NCBI RefSeq assembly: GCF_963921235.1
Contig: NC_086108.1
Span: 95,172,001 to 95,236,000 of the forward strand
Length of the DNA: 64,000 nucleotides
Source of the DNA: Mobula hypostoma
Lineage: Eukaryota
Direction of reading: 5' to 3'
The notes beneath the pieces are model-generated. The model was not told the origin of the DNA. It did no database searches and saw only the letters and a program-made list of their open reading frames with translations. Positions 1 to 13,434 of this stretch are shown here, one piece after another (position 1 is the first letter of the stretch; each line of letters opens with the position of its first letter). Position numbers and translations under genes: made by a program.

Positions 1-1648
1 TAGGGAGCGATCCCTGCGGAAAGCAGAGGGGGGTGGAGGGAAAGATGTGCTTAGTGGTGGGATCCCGTTGGAGGTGGCGGAAGTTTGTTGGCTTTGTGGA
101 ACAATCTATGTTCCATGCCTATTCTGGTATCTGTCCCCCACTTTTCCTTCGCTACATCGATGACTGCATTGGCGCTGCTTCCTGCACGCATGCTGAGCTC
201 GTTGACTTTATTAACTTTGCCTCCAACTTTCACCCTGCCCTCAAGTTTACCTGGTCCATTTCCGACACCTCCATCCCCTTCCTAGATCTTTCTGTCTCTG
301 GAGACAGCTTATCCACTGATGTCTACTATAAGCCTACTGATTCTCACAGCTATCTGGACTATTCCTCTTCTCACACAGTTTCTTGCAAAAATGCCATCCC
401 CTTCTTGCAATTCCTCCGTCTCTGCCGCATCTGCTCTCAGGATGAGGCTTTTCATTCCAGGATGAGGGAGATGTCCTCCTTTTTTAAAGAAAGGGGCTTC
501 CCTTCCTCCACTATCAACTCTGCTCTCAAACGCATCTCCCCCATTTCACGTACATCTGCTCTCACTCCATCCTCCTGCCACCCCACTAGGAATAGGGTTC
601 CCCTGGTCCTCACCTACCACCCCACCAGCCTCCGGGTCCAACATATTATTCTCCGTAACTTCTGCTACCTCCAACGGGATCCCACCACTAAGCACATCTT
701 TCCCTCCCCGCCTCTCTCTGTTTTCCGCAGGGATCGCTCCCTATGCGACTCCCTTATCCATTCGTCCCCCCCATCCCTCCCCACTGATCTCCCTCCTGGC
801 ACTTATCCGTGTAAGCGGAACAAGTGCTACACATGCCCTTACACTTCCTCCCTTACCACCATTCAGGGCCCCAGACAGTCCTTCCAGGTGAGGCGACACT
901 TCACCTGTGAGTCGGCTGGGGTGATATACTGTGTCCGGTGCTCTCGATGTGGCCTTCTGTATATTGACGAGACCCAACGCAGACTGGGAGACCGCTTTGC
1001 TGAACACCTACGCTCTGTCCGCCAGAGAAAGCAGGATCTCCCAGTGGCCACACATTTTAATTCCACATCCCATTCCCATTCTGACATGTCTATCCACGGC
1101 CTCCTCTGCTGTAAAGATGAAGCCACACTCAGGTTGGAGGAACAACACCTTATATTCCGTCTGGGTAGCCTCCAATCTGATGGCATGAACATCGACTTCT
1201 CTAACTTCCGCTAAGGCCCCACCTCCCCCTCGTACCCCATCTGTTATTTATTTTTATACACACATTCTTTCTCTCACTCTCCTTTTTCTCCCTCTGTCCC
1301 TCTGACTATACCCCTTGCCCATTCTCTGGGTTCCCCCCCACTTTGTCTTTCTCCCTGGGCCTCCTGTCCCATGATCCTCTCATATCCCCTTTGCCAATCA
1401 CCTGTCCAGCTCTTGGCTCCATCCCTCCCCCTCCTGTCTTCTCCTATCATTTTGGATCTCCCCCTCCCCCTCCCACTTTCAAAACTCTTACTAACTCTTC
1501 CTTCAGTTAGTCCTGGCGAAGAGTCTCGGCCTGAAACGTCGACTGTACCTTTTCCTAGAGATGCTGCCTGGCCTGCTGCGTCCACCAGCAACTTTGATGT
1601 GTGTTGCTTGAATTTCCAGCATCTGCAGAATTCCTGTTGTTTGCGTTT
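1..1648 (+). mobile_element. Penelope-like retroelement, 5'-truncated (RT C-terminus, GIY-YIG endonuclease, 3' tail), with an inverted segment at 1-85
   Basis: ORF 33..1214 has RT motif RYIDD and [23 protein letters not shown] (YIG changed to YID). Nearly identical to 17300-18829. Bases 1-85 are the reverse complement of about 657-743. Confidence 0.92.
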
Positions 1649-2998
1649 ATAGACCAGTTAGCCTGATCTCAGTGGTTGATAAGAAGTTGGAGTCAGTTGT
1701 TAAGAATGAGGTGCTGGAGTACCTGGTGACACAGGACATTTTAGGACAAAGTCAGCATGGTTTCCTTAAGGGAAAATCTTACCTGATGAACCTGTTGGAA
1801 TTCTTTGAGGAGATAACAAGCAAGATAGATAAAAGGGATACAGTGGAAGTTGTATATTTGGACTTTCAGAAGACTTTTGACAAAGTGTCAGACTTGAAGC
1901 TGCTTACCAGGTTAAAAGCCCATGGCATTCCAGAGAAGTTATTGGCATGGTTACAGCATTGGCTGATTGGTAGGAGGCAGCAAATGGGAATAAAAAGATC
2001 CTTTTCTGGTTGGTTGACAGTGACTAGTGGTGTTCTGCAAAGATCGGTGTTGGGACCGCTTTGTTTTGTGCTGTATATCAATGATTTAGATGATGGAATA
2101 GATGGGATGGCTTTGTTGCCAAGTTTGCAGATGATACGAAGATTGGTGGAGGGGCAGGTAGTGTTGTGGAAATGGGTAGGCTCCAGAAGGATTTAGACAG
2201 ATTAGGAGAATGAGTAAGAGTGGCAAATGAAATACAATGTTGGAAAATGGATGGTCATGCACTTTGCTAGTAGAAATAAATATGCAGACTATTTGCTAAA
2301 TGGGGTGAAAGTCGAAAAATCTGAGGTGCAAAGGGACTTGGAAGTCCATGTGCAGAATACCCTGAAGTTTCACTTGCAGGTATAGTCAGTGGTGACAAAG
2401 ACTAATGCAATGTTAGCTTTCATTTCAAGAAGTCTAGAATATAACAGCAGGAATGTGATGTTGAGGCTCTATAAGTATTGTGTGAACAGTTTTGGACTCC
2501 TCATCTAAGAAAATGTGCTGGCATTGGTGAGGTTTCAGAGGAGGTTCTCGAGAATGATTCTGGGAATGAAAGGGTTATCATACGAGGAACATTTGATAGC
2601 TCTGGGTCTGTACTCGCTGGAATTTAGAAGGATGGAGGGGGAATTTTATTGAAATCTTTTGAATGTTGAAAGGCCCAGACAGAGTAGATGTGGAAAGGTT
2701 GTTTCCTGTGGTGGGGGAGTCTAGGACAAAAGTCACAGCCTCAGGATAGAGGGGTGTCCATTTAAAACAGAGAAATTTCTTTAGCCAAAGGCTGGTAAAT
2801 TTGTGGAATTTATTACCACATGCAGCTGTAGAGGCCAGGTCATTGAGTGTATTTAAGGCAGAGCTTGTTCGTTTTTTGATCGGACATGGCATTAAGGGTT
2901 ATGGGAAGAAGGCTGCGGGGGGTGGGAAATGATTGAATGATGGAGTAGCCTCGATGGGCCAAATGGCCTAATTCTTCTCTGATATTTTATGGTCTTAT
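1649..2998 (+). mobile_element. CR1-type LINE, decayed ORF2 RT and 3' end
   Basis: [42 protein letters not shown]; 3' tail ttatggtcttat; many stops. Confidence 0.88.
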
Positions 2999-3224
2999 AA
3001 TGATCTTGAATTAGATCATCATTAAACTCAAGGACTCCTAATCACACTTTATCTTTTTCCATTCTGTCCATCATTGCATCAACAATAATGCACATTCAGT
3101 GGATGAGTACTAACTTCTCTTTGTGTGCATTATGTAGGTAGGATTGTCGCATTCCTGATGCTCCATCAACGATATTGTCCAAACTCCAACCTTTCCACTT
3201 GGATGAACTGGTAAATTGATAGAT

Positions 3225-3530
3225 TTATTAGTTTGTACACAAGATAAATTGGGTTATTATTGTCACATGCACCAAAGCACAGTGAAAACTTTGTTTTGCA
3301 TGCCATCTGCAGAGATCAATCATTACAGCAGAGCATTGAGGTAGTATAAGGTAAAGCAATAACAAAAGCAGAATAATGTGCAGTGCTGGTAGACCAGGTG
3401 CAAGGCCATAACTAGGTAAACAGGTCAAAAGTCCATTTTACTGTATGAGGGGACCATTCAACTTACTTACAACTGGGATAAAAGTTGTCCTTAATCCTAG
3501 TGTATGTGCTTTCAGGTTTTTGTATCTTTT
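3225..3530 (-). mobile_element. 3' fragment of a Rex1/Babar-like LINE
   Basis: Resembles the tail at 35065-35330, which continues into Rex-like coding sequence. Confidence 0.55.
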
Positions 3531-4215
3531 GTCTCTCTTCCATGCTCTTTAGCTCTGACACTGTGTTACAGTGAAAGTTCATCAAAAGAACGTTTGTTAA
3601 TCATGGAATACCTGCATGTCTTTAAGAATGCTGTGCGCATTCAGATCTTTGTGCTATTTTCCCAGCCCTGACTTTAGTTGAAGGTATACTAATATACTAA
3701 TCTTTGTGTGCATTGTCCTGATAGATTCTGGTTACCAATACCTACTTTGCTATTCTGCATGTTCTTTTCTCTTTTTTTTGTTAATTTTCTAAATTTAACC
3801 CCCCCCCCCCGCTCAAACTTTTCTCCCGTGCTTTGTTTAAATTTTTTAGACAGATCACATTATTGAGTTTGCTAGGACACCTGCCAAGTCTGCTGCAAAG
3901 GAAACCCATCCAAACAGAATCACTCCTCTTTCCCCAGTTTTCCTACATGCAGGGTGGTGGATAGAAGGTTATGGTCTGTCAGAGGAAGTGGTACATTTGC
4001 AAGATTTGAAAGGTCTGTGGGCAGGAAAATGGATAGGAAAGGTTTAGATGGATCTCGGCCAAAATCAGGCAAATGAGATTACATCAAGAAGACACCTTGG
4101 TCATCATGGATGAGTTGAGCAGAAGGACCTGTTTCTATGCTGTGTACCTATAATTTTGTCTATGCCTCTACTCTCTTGAGTTCCTTTGAAATCTTACTGT
4201 AATTTAATGAATAGG

Positions 4216-4477
4216 AAAGGGAAAGGTATGTCGCATCTGGAGTTTCTCTGGTTCGCGGATGATTTCCCTCTACGCCTCTCTGACGTAGTGGGGAACTGCG
4301 TACGAGGCAAGTTACAGCAGTGGTTTGCCATTGCCCTCTGCTGGGTGAGTTTCCAAACAGATCACCAGCTGGTAACCCAGCATGGATGGAAAGCATTCAG
4401 GGGAGCCGGCTGGATTCGAACTTAGGACCTCTCGTCCCGAAGTCCGGCGCCGATGCCACTACGCCACCAGCCAGGTC
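4216..4477 (-). mobile_element. tRNA-headed SINE with RTE-like body and 12-bp TSD
   Basis: On the minus strand: A box TGGCGTAGTGG (4456-4466), B box GTTCGAATCC (4412-4421), motif GAGGGCAATGGCAAACCAC. TSD ttaatgaatagg at 4204-4215 and 4478-4489. Confidence 0.88.
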
Positions 4478-5235
4478 TTAATGAATAGGTTACCATCAAA
4501 TCAGATATGTTTTGATCTAGTTTTATCTCGTGGTTTGAGCAGCAGAGTGCCTCACTTGTCCTCCTCTCTTCCATTTAATCCTCTTTCATTTGAGCTCATG
4601 CATAACACAACCTCTTCATCCCTGTGAATAAAGTGAATTTTTTCTATACTACCAATGTGCAAGTGTATTCTTTCTTGAACTTCGAATTATATGCAGTATG
4701 GCAGAGGTGGTCTTACATGAGTTTATTATACTTGAAGCAACACTTGCTGTTACGTAACCTCTCTTGCAACATAATTACGTGCTAGTTTACATAGTAGTTC
4801 TCAGTGTGTTCTGGTACAAGTACATTCAGATCACTGAGCAGCAGTTTCATGTTTAAATATTATGCTTTGCTCTAATGGTTTAGTCATTGCAGCTCAGAAC
4901 AAAATACTCTTTCAGGGATTTGCCACTATTTGATTAAAGCAGTTGCGGATAAATTTTCCAAGTTTTGGGTGGCTTAAATTTGAAGCTCCTCCTCATCATA
5001 GTTCTTCCTACTAAACTCAAAAAATTAAACTCATCACTGACCACAGTTATGCAAGTCCAGATATTTTCATGTGGTTCTAGAACATGATTCATGCTATGAA
5101 AAAGAATTCTTTATGCTATACCAAGTGCTCAGGTACTTCACTCCCAACCATTTGAATCAATTGAACAGCTAATGAAATAGCCCAGCATTTTTTCCCTTGA
5201 TTTTTCTGTTATATTTCAATTTCATTTAAATTAAT

Positions 5236-6740
5236 CAAAGTTCAAAGTAAATATTTTATCAAAGTACATATATGTATCCATATACAACCTTGAGGTGCAT
5301 TTCTGGTGGGCATTCACAGTACATTTGGGAAACCCAATAGAATCAATGAAAGGCTGCACCCAACAATACAGACCAACAACCAACGTGCCAAAGATAACAA
5401 ACTGTGCAAATACGAAAATAAATAATAGTAAATAAGCAATAAATATTGGACATGAGATGAAGAGTGATAGTGAGTTCAGTGACAGAGCGAGTGAAGTTAT
5501 CCCCTCTGGTTTAAGAGCCTGATGGCTGAGGGATAATCACTGTTCCCGAACCTGGTGGTGTGGGCTCTGAGGCTCCTGTACTTTGTTCCTCATCGCAGCA
5601 GCGAGAGGAGAGCACGACCTGAATGCTAGAGGTAGATGCTACTTTACTGTGACAGAGCTCCTCAATTGTGAGGAGGGCTTTACCTGCGACATTTTAGTCA
5701 GAGAGTAGTGAATCTGTGGAATGCTCTGCCACATACTGCAGTAGAGGCCAAGTCCATGGGTATATTTATGGCAGAAGTTAATCGTTTCCAGATCGGTCAG
5801 GGCATCAAAGGATATGGGGTTGAGTGGGATCCGCAATCAGCCATGATGGAATGGCAGATTGGACTCGATGAGCTGAATGGCCTAATTATGCTCCTTTGTC
5901 TTATGGTCTTATGAACTGGGCCGTATCCACTACTTTTTGAAGGCTTTTCCATTCAAGGCTATTGATGTTTCCATACCAGGCTGTGATGCAACCAGGCAAT
6001 ATTCTCCCCATCACACATTGATAGAAGTTCGTCTATGTGTTAGTTGACATGCTGAATCTTTGCAAATTCCTAAGAAAGTAGAGGCAGTGCTGTGCTTTCT
6101 TTGTAACAGTACTTGCATGCTGGATCCAGGCAGATCCTCTGAAGTGATAACACCAAGGAATTTAAAGTTGCTGACCTTCTCCACCTCTGATCCTCAATGA
6201 GAACTGGCTCATGGACCAATGGTTTTCTCCTCCTGAAGTCAATAATCTGCTCCCTGGTCTTGCTGATATTGAGTGAAAGGTTGTTGTGGCATCACTCAGC
6301 CAGATTTTCAATATCCCTCGTATATTCTGATTTGTCACCACCTTTGATTTGGCCAATGACAGTGGGGTCATCACCAAACTTAAATACAGCATTGGAGCTG
6401 TGCTTAACCTTGTGGTCATAAGTATAAAGCAAGTAGAGCAGGGGGTGAAATACACAGCTTTGTGGTGCACCTGTGCTGACAGACAGAGATTGTAGGGGAG
6501 ATGCCAATCTGAACTGATTTAGGTCTGCAAGTGAGGAAATCGGGGTCCAGTTACACAAGGAGGTACTGAAGCCCAGGTCTTGAAGCTAATTGATTAGTTT
6601 TGAGGGGATGAAAGTATTGGTTGCTGAGTTGTAGAAAATGAGGAGCATCTGATGTTTGCGTCTTTGCTGTCCAGATGTTCCAGTATTGAGTAAAGAGCTG
6701 ATGAAATGCCATCTGCTGTTGACGTGTTGTGATGGTATAT
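5236..6740 (-). mobile_element. Rex1/Babar-like LINE, decayed, interrupted by a CR1 fragment
   Basis: Minus ORF 6292..6558 reads STGAPQSCVFHPLLYLLYTYD..HSSNAVFKFGDD; tail aagttcaaagtaaatattttatcaaag. Confidence 0.8.
5691..5913 (+). mobile_element. CR1 3' fragment nested in the Rex element
   Basis: [13 protein letters not shown] motif; tail ttatggtcttatg; host sequence resumes after 5913. Confidence 0.8.
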
Positions 6741-7333
6741 CTTCAGTGTAATAGATTGCATCTTATTTTCTGAGCCAGCATGAGAAGAGGAAAATTCTGA
6801 TTTCTACAATGTGTTCTCTAGTCACTCATTAGTCGATCCTCTTAAGTGACCTTGCTAACTTAGGAGATATTTTGATTGTACTGGTGCAAGAGTTTTAAAG
6901 GTGTTACATTTGGCTTTTCAAAGAATTTAGAGAGGTACACCAACATACTGAACTAAATATCTCTGATTTTCCAGAAAAGTCAACAGTCAAGCCATCTCAT
7001 GATGATAGACGCTGCAAGTGGAACAGATGTAGACTTGATGCAACACTATTCTAAAATGAGTATAGACGGCAGTTAAAATACACATCTGGTCAGATATATT
7101 TAAAGAGATAGGGTCAATATTTTAGTTTGATGACCTTTCTCAGAAAAGGAAAATCTTAACATGTAACTTGTTTTCAACAAGTACATCTATGCTAATTGAT
7201 AGGAAAGGAAGATTAAATGATAAGGATGTTGCTTAAAGGCACTTGAGTGCATCCAGAGGATTTGCAAATAGGAATAGCTGGATTATTTCTATAGTGGTTG
7301 TCCCAAAGCCAAAGTGCACTGTTGCTGCAGAAT

Positions 7334-7692
7334 TGAGAGGAGACATGATAGAGGTGTACAAGATAATAAGAGGAATAGTTAGAGTGGATAGTCAGCGCCT
7401 CTTCCCCAGTGCACCACTGCTCAATACGAGAGGACTTGGCTTTAAGGTAAGGGGTGGGAAGTTCAAGGGGGATATTAGAGGAAGGGTTTTTACTCAGAGA
7501 GTGGTTGGTGCGTGGAATGCACTGCCTGAGTCAGTGGTGGAGGCAGGTACACTAGTGAAGTTTAAGAGACTACTGGACAGGTATATGGAGGAATTTAAGT
7601 TGGGGGCTTATATGGGAGGCAGGGTTTGAGGGTCGGCACAACATTGTGGGCCGAAGGGCCTGTATTGTGCTGTACTATTCTATGTTCTATGT
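7334..7692 (+). mobile_element. CR1 3' fragment
   Basis: LRGDMIEVYKII..FTQRVVGAWNALP; (TTCTATG)n tail. Confidence 0.85.
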
Positions 7693-7849
7693 AATTGTAA
7701 GCATTAATAATGAATTTGGGTGAAGAGAGAACAATCTTCCTACATTATGAAAATGGACCTTTAAGCAAACATAATCCACTTCAAACACCCATTTACCCTC
7801 ACATTAATTCCTCCACAGCCTCCATTTACCTTCAGATGAGTTTAATTTA

Positions 7850-7990
7850 CAGTGGGCAATTAGCCTAATAACCTGCACCTTTTGAGTTGTGGCAAGGAAA
7901 GCACACAAAACAAACCCACAGAGTTACACGGAGAATGCGCAAACTCCCACAGATGACATTGGAGGTAAGGATTGAAGTCAGTTGCTGGAA
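7850..7990 (-). mobile_element. Degenerate V-SINE-like element
   Basis: Reverse complement resembles the V-domain (TGTGGGAGTTTGCGCATTCTCCGTG..GTGGGTTT). Confidence 0.5.
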
Positions 7991-8379
7991 TTCTGAGCAA
8001 GCATCTCTGGTAGTTGAACTTCATGTTGACAAATTAAAAAAAAATAATACTCAGATAGCTCTTGGCTTGCTAAGACTGTTTATTTCTATCTTTGACATTA
8101 CCTGATTTTGCCTAATTGTCAGCTCATCAGTTGCCAAAATCCTAAACCATACCATTGCTGAAGATTTAGTTGGTGTCCATTTTTGCACTTCCCATGGAAG
8201 TCTGCCTGTGAAATAACCTGCAAGAGATTCTGTTTGCTTGTTATCTCTGCCTCCTGGTTGAACAATAACTCTTTAAATTATCATTCTCATATTAAAAACC
8301 TTCATGGCCGTTTACCTACCTGATCTTCTTTAGCCACATAGTTCTCCTTGATATCTGCAGTCCTTTAATCTGAATACTT

Positions 8380-11300
8380 ATCAGCCAGAAATTGGGGTAC
8401 ATATTGGTACCAACGACACAAGTAGAAAAAGGGAGGAGGTCTTGAAGAATGAATATAGGGAGTTGGGTATGAAGCTGAAAAGCAGGACATCCAAGGTAGT
8501 AACCTTTGGATTTCTGCCTGTGCCACATGCCAGTGAGGATAAGAATAGGATGATTTGACTGAATGTGTGCTGAGGAATTGGTGCAGTAGGCAGGGTTTCA
8601 GATTCCCGGGCTATAGAGATCTCTTCTGGGGAAGTTATGACCTGCATAAAAAGGATGAATTACAGCTGAGCCGGAGGGGGACCAATATCCTTGGGGGCAG
8701 GTTTACTAGAGCTGTAGGGGAGGGTTTAAACTAATTTTGCAGGATGGGAAGCCAAATGACAGGACTAAGAATGGGGCAGTTGGTGTACAAGTTGAGGAAG
8801 TGTGTAATTAGACTGAGGAAGAACAGGCAGATGATAGGACAAATTTGCAGTAAGTGGGATGAGTTGAAGTGCAACCTGGAGGCAAAATCAAAAAGGGTGA
8901 TGAATGCAGGGCTGAAGGTGTTGTATTTGAGTACACAAATATTTCAATATTTGATTTATTAACATCCAAGGATACACCTTGTATCAAAAAAGACAGGCAT
9001 GTAGGTGGAGGGGATGTTAGTAAAAAATGAAATCAAATCCGTAGAAAGATGTGACACAGGATCAGAAGATGTAGAGTTCTTGTGAGTAGAGTTAAGAAAT
9101 TGCCAGGGTAAACAGACCCTGAATTGAATTGACTTTATTACTTACATCCTTCATATACATGGGAGTTACATACAGAGCTCTGAACAGCAGTAAAAATGTG
9201 GTCTACAAATTACAATGGAAATAGAAAATGCATGTCAAAAGGGCAATGTTTTGATAGTGATGGGGATTTTCATATGCAGGTAGATTGGGAAAATCAGGTT
9301 GGTGCTGAATCCCAAGAAAGAGAATTTATAGAATGTCTACAAGGTGGCTTTTTAGAGCAGCTGGTGGTTAAGTCCATGAGGGCAGAGGCATTTCCAGATT
9401 GGTTAATGAATCAGATTTGATTAGGGAGCTTATGGTAAAGGAGCCCTTAGGAGACCCAGATCAGAATATGATAGGATTCCCCTTGCAGTTTGAAAGTGAG
9501 AAGATAGAAGTCAGATGTACAGTATCAGTATTACAGACGTGTAAGAACGAATTATGGAAGGAAAAGAGAGGAGCTAGCCAAAATTGATTGGAAGGGGACA
9601 CTAGCAGGGATGGCTGTAGAACAGCAATGGCTAGAGTTTCTGGGTGCAATTCAGTAGGCGCAGGATTGATTCGTCCTAAAGATGAAGAAGTATTCTAAAG
9701 GGAAGATATACAACCATAGCTGATAAGAGAAGTCAAAGACAGCATAAAAGTAAAAGGGAGGGGATATAACATTGCAAATATTGTTAAAGGATTGGGAAAC
9801 TTTTAACAACCAACAGAAGGCAACTGAAAAAGCCATAGGGGAGAATAGATGAGATATGAAGGTAAGCCAGCCATTAATATAATAGAAACTACAAAAAGTT
9901 TTTCCCCCCAAAAATATAGAGTAAAAGAGATGCAAGAATGAATTTTTGACCACAAGAAGGTATGGCAGATGAACTTGGGAAGTAGTTGTTGTCAGCCTTC
10001 ACTGGAAGGGACTTACAATATGCCAGAAATTCGAGTATGTTGGGCCAGATGTGAGTGTGGTTGCTATTACTAAGGAGTAGGTGCATGGGAAGCTGAACAA
10101 TCTTAAGGTAGGGAAGTCACCTGGATCAGATGGATGACATTCCAGGGTTCTGAAAGAAGTAGCTGAAGAGATTGTGGAAGCCTCTGTAGTGATCTTTCAA
10201 GAATCACTAAATTCTGGAATGGTTCTGGAGAAATGGAAAATTACAAATGTCACTCCACTCCTTAAGAAGGGAAGGAGGCAGAAGAAAGGAAATTATAGGC
10301 CATTTAGCCTGACCTCAGTGGTTGGGAAGATGTGGAGTCTATTATTAAGGATGATGTTTCGCGGTACCTGGAAATGCAAGATAAAATAGGCCAAAGTCAG
10401 CATGGTTTCCTTAAGGGGAAATCTTGCCTGATAAATCTGTTGGAATTCTTTGAGGAGATAATAGACAGAATAAGTAAAGGAGAGTCAATGGCTGTTGATT
10501 ACTTGGACTTTCAGGAGGCCTTTGACAAGGTGCCAAACATAAGTCTGCTTAACAAGTCAAGAACCCATGGTGTTACAGGAAACATACTAGTATGGATAGA
10601 AGATTGGCTGACTGGCGGCAAAGTGTTTGCTCGTTGGCTACAGGTTTCTAGTGGTGTTCTGCAATGGTTGGTGTTGGGTCCCCTTCTTTTCATGTCATAC
10701 AGTATACCAGTGATTTGGATGACAGAATTGGTGGCTTTGTGGCCAAGTTAGCAGAAGATATAAAGATGGGTGGGGGGGGCTGGTTTTGTGGAGGAAGCAG
10801 GGAGTCTACATGTGCAGGATTTCTAAAAGGTTAACTTGCAGGTTGAGTCGGTGGTAAGGAAGGTAAATGCAGTCATTTCGAGAGGACTAGGATATAAGAA
10901 CAAGGATGTAATGCTGAGACTTTGTAAGGCGTTGGTCAGACTGCATTTGTATTGTGAGCAGTTTTGGACCCCTGGGCCAAGATAAGATGTGTGGTATTAG
11001 AGAGGGTTCAGAGGAGGTTCACGAGAATGATTCTGGGAATGAAAGGGTTAACATACGAGAAGCATTTGATCGCTTTATGCTTATACTCAGTGGAGTTTAG
11101 AAGAATGAGGGAGGGATCTCATTGAAACTGATCAGTTGGCGGGTCTGGATAGTGTGGATGTGAAGAGGATGCTTGTGGTGTTTGAGCATAGGACCAGAGG
11201 GCACAACCTTGGAATAGAGGGATGTCCACTTAGACCAGAGATGAGGAATTTCTTTAGCCAGAGGATAGTGAGTCTGTGGAATTCATTGCCACACTTGACT

Positions 11301-11492
11301 GTGGAGGCCAAGTCATTGGGTATATTTGAAGAAGAGGTTGATAAGTTCTTGATTTGTCAGGGTGTCAAAGCTTATGGGGAAAAGGCAGAAGAATGGGAAT
11401 ATGAAGGATAGTAAATCGGCCATGATGGAATGACAGAGCTGATTTGATGGGCTGAATGGCCTAATTCTGCTCCCATGTTTTAGGTCTTATGG
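8380..11492 (+). mobile_element. Near-full-length decayed CR1 (ORF1 SGNH-esterase-like, ORF2 endonuclease and RT)
   Basis: PEIGVHIGTND at about 8385-8417; MNAGLKVLYL at the ORF2 start; GDFH..VDW endonuclease motif; GNYRPFSLTSVVGK; YLDFQEAFDKVP; CR1 3' tail. Confidence 0.88.
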
Positions 11493-12098
11493 AACAGAAC
11501 AGAAAACGCTGGATCACTCAGTGGATCAGGTGGCATACATGGAAAGGAAGCAGAGTTAGCATTTTATTGACTCTGAACTGGAACTCTTAAAAGGGGCTTT
11601 AACATGAAATGTAACTCTGTTTCCATCACTGACTGTTATGATTTTCACTTTCTGGCATTTGCAGTTTTTATTTTCCTGATAGGAAATGTAATGGATACAG
11701 TAAGAGGCTTTACTGAGGTGGATAAAAAAAACATTTGGTTGTGGAAAGCAGACTTAAACTGAATGAAACAGTGTCCTTTACAATGTGGGGTGGATGGAAC
11801 TGTTTAGATACTACTCTGGAAATTAATTGGCAGGAAGGCCTCAGAAATAAATTGGGGGGGAGAGAAGGGGGAATAATTGTGGGTGGACTATTTGAATGTG
11901 TGAGAAGGGTAGGCATTGAGAACAAAGTTGACCAAATCTTTCAGAGTGATGAGAGTGAAGGATACGACAATACACAAATAATCAAAATCTTCGAAAAAGG
12001 TTGAGGGAAGGAACATTAGGTTTACCAAAAAGTGTGTTAGATAATTTAAAAAGTTTGCATTCTTTGGCAACATTTTTGGGGCAGTTGAAGTGGAGGTT

Positions 12099-12729
12099 CA
12101 AGCAACATACATCAAAGTTGCTGGTGAACGCAGCAGGCCAGGCAGCATCTCTAGGAAGAGGTACAGTCAACGCTTTGGGCCGAGACCCTTCGTCAGGACT
12201 AACTGAAGGAAGAGCTAGAACTTCAGATTGCAGACTCTGCCATTGATCTCACCGGCTCCAACACCTCAGGGCATATTCAAAACCCGGACTCCAGCAATGA
12301 CCATGGACACCTTCAAAGCAATTGCGCAACCACCAACTGCGACTCCAGCCTTGAACTCCAGGCCGGGTCTTTATGTGCTGCTATTGTGACTCCCGTCTCC
12401 CCTTCCCCCACCACCACTCTGCAACCCCGTCTCCCTCAGATCCCACCGTCAGTTCCTGGGCCCACAGAGGCTCCATCTTCCTCTCACCCCAACCCTCCCC
12501 TCTCCACTGACGCCCCCAGCCTCCCCCCCCCCCCCCGATCCCAGCTCTCATCCATGCCGGGTCTTTACCATCTCCTTCACTAGCTCTTCCTTCAGTTAGT
12601 CCTGACAAAAGGTCTCGGCCTGAAACATCGACTGTACTTCTTCCTAGAGATGCTGCCTGGCCTGCTGCGTTCACCAGCAACTTTGATGTGTGTTGCTTGA
12701 ATTTCCGGCATCTGCAGAATTCCTCGTGT
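12099..12729 (+). mobile_element. Non-autonomous fold-back Penelope derivative with about 122-bp inverted arms and a 14-bp TSD
   Basis: 12097-12218 is the reverse complement of 12580-12701; the spacer matches about 15900-16260; TSD ttgaagtggaggtt at 12085-12098 and 12730-12743. Confidence 0.9.
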
Positions 12730-13434
12730 TTGAAGTGGAGGTTGTTTGTTATACAAGGAAGCCCAGGTAGTAAAATGTGATCGTGGAGGAAACTAATTAA
12801 TTCTTGGTGGTGTTGAGGGAGTGTGAGTGATGTTCTTGGGCTGTCATTTTTTGGGTTTAAGATGTAGAGGCATATTTGTAAAATTATCTTTTTCTTATGA
12901 GACTTGTACCAAACGCTGAAAAACGCTTTATGTTTGGTTGTTTCATTTAAGACTTGGCACCTCACTTCTGCAAGTAAACTGAATTTGCTCCATGTTAGTG
13001 ATACACAGTGAATAAAGTTTGCACAATGGGTGTAGATTACTGTTTTAGTTTTATTGTATTATTGACATTTTGAAATACAATGAAAGTTCTTAACACAACA
13101 TACAAAACATGTTGGAATGTGCAAAGCAGTATTTCCAATTTTGTGAACTTGTGTGTAAGGAAATAGGGGAGTCTTAGTAAACCCCCATTAATGAAGTTAA
13201 TTTTTTTCTGTTGAAGTTGAATCAGAAGATGTTTGTTTTATGTAACACAAATACATCTTTAAAAGGTTTTAATAATTTTGAGTGTTAAACTGCTCTATTA
13301 AAAATGCAGGAGAGGACTTAAAACATCTTGATTTGCTGTCAGTAGCCAGCTGTCTGCAAGCAAGATGTTCTGGTTTAATCCTTCATTCTTGAAAATGTGC
13401 TTATTGTCCATGTAAGGAGCAGCCTTAAATTGTG

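Noticed and set aside
4400..4477. tRNA gene
   Set aside because: A and B boxes are present, but they form the head of a TSD-flanked SINE; I could not build a full cloverleaf.
11495..11670. Imperfect palindrome (similar one at about 34268-34400) as a structured RNA gene
   Set aside because: Better explained as old head-to-head Penelope-tail remnants.
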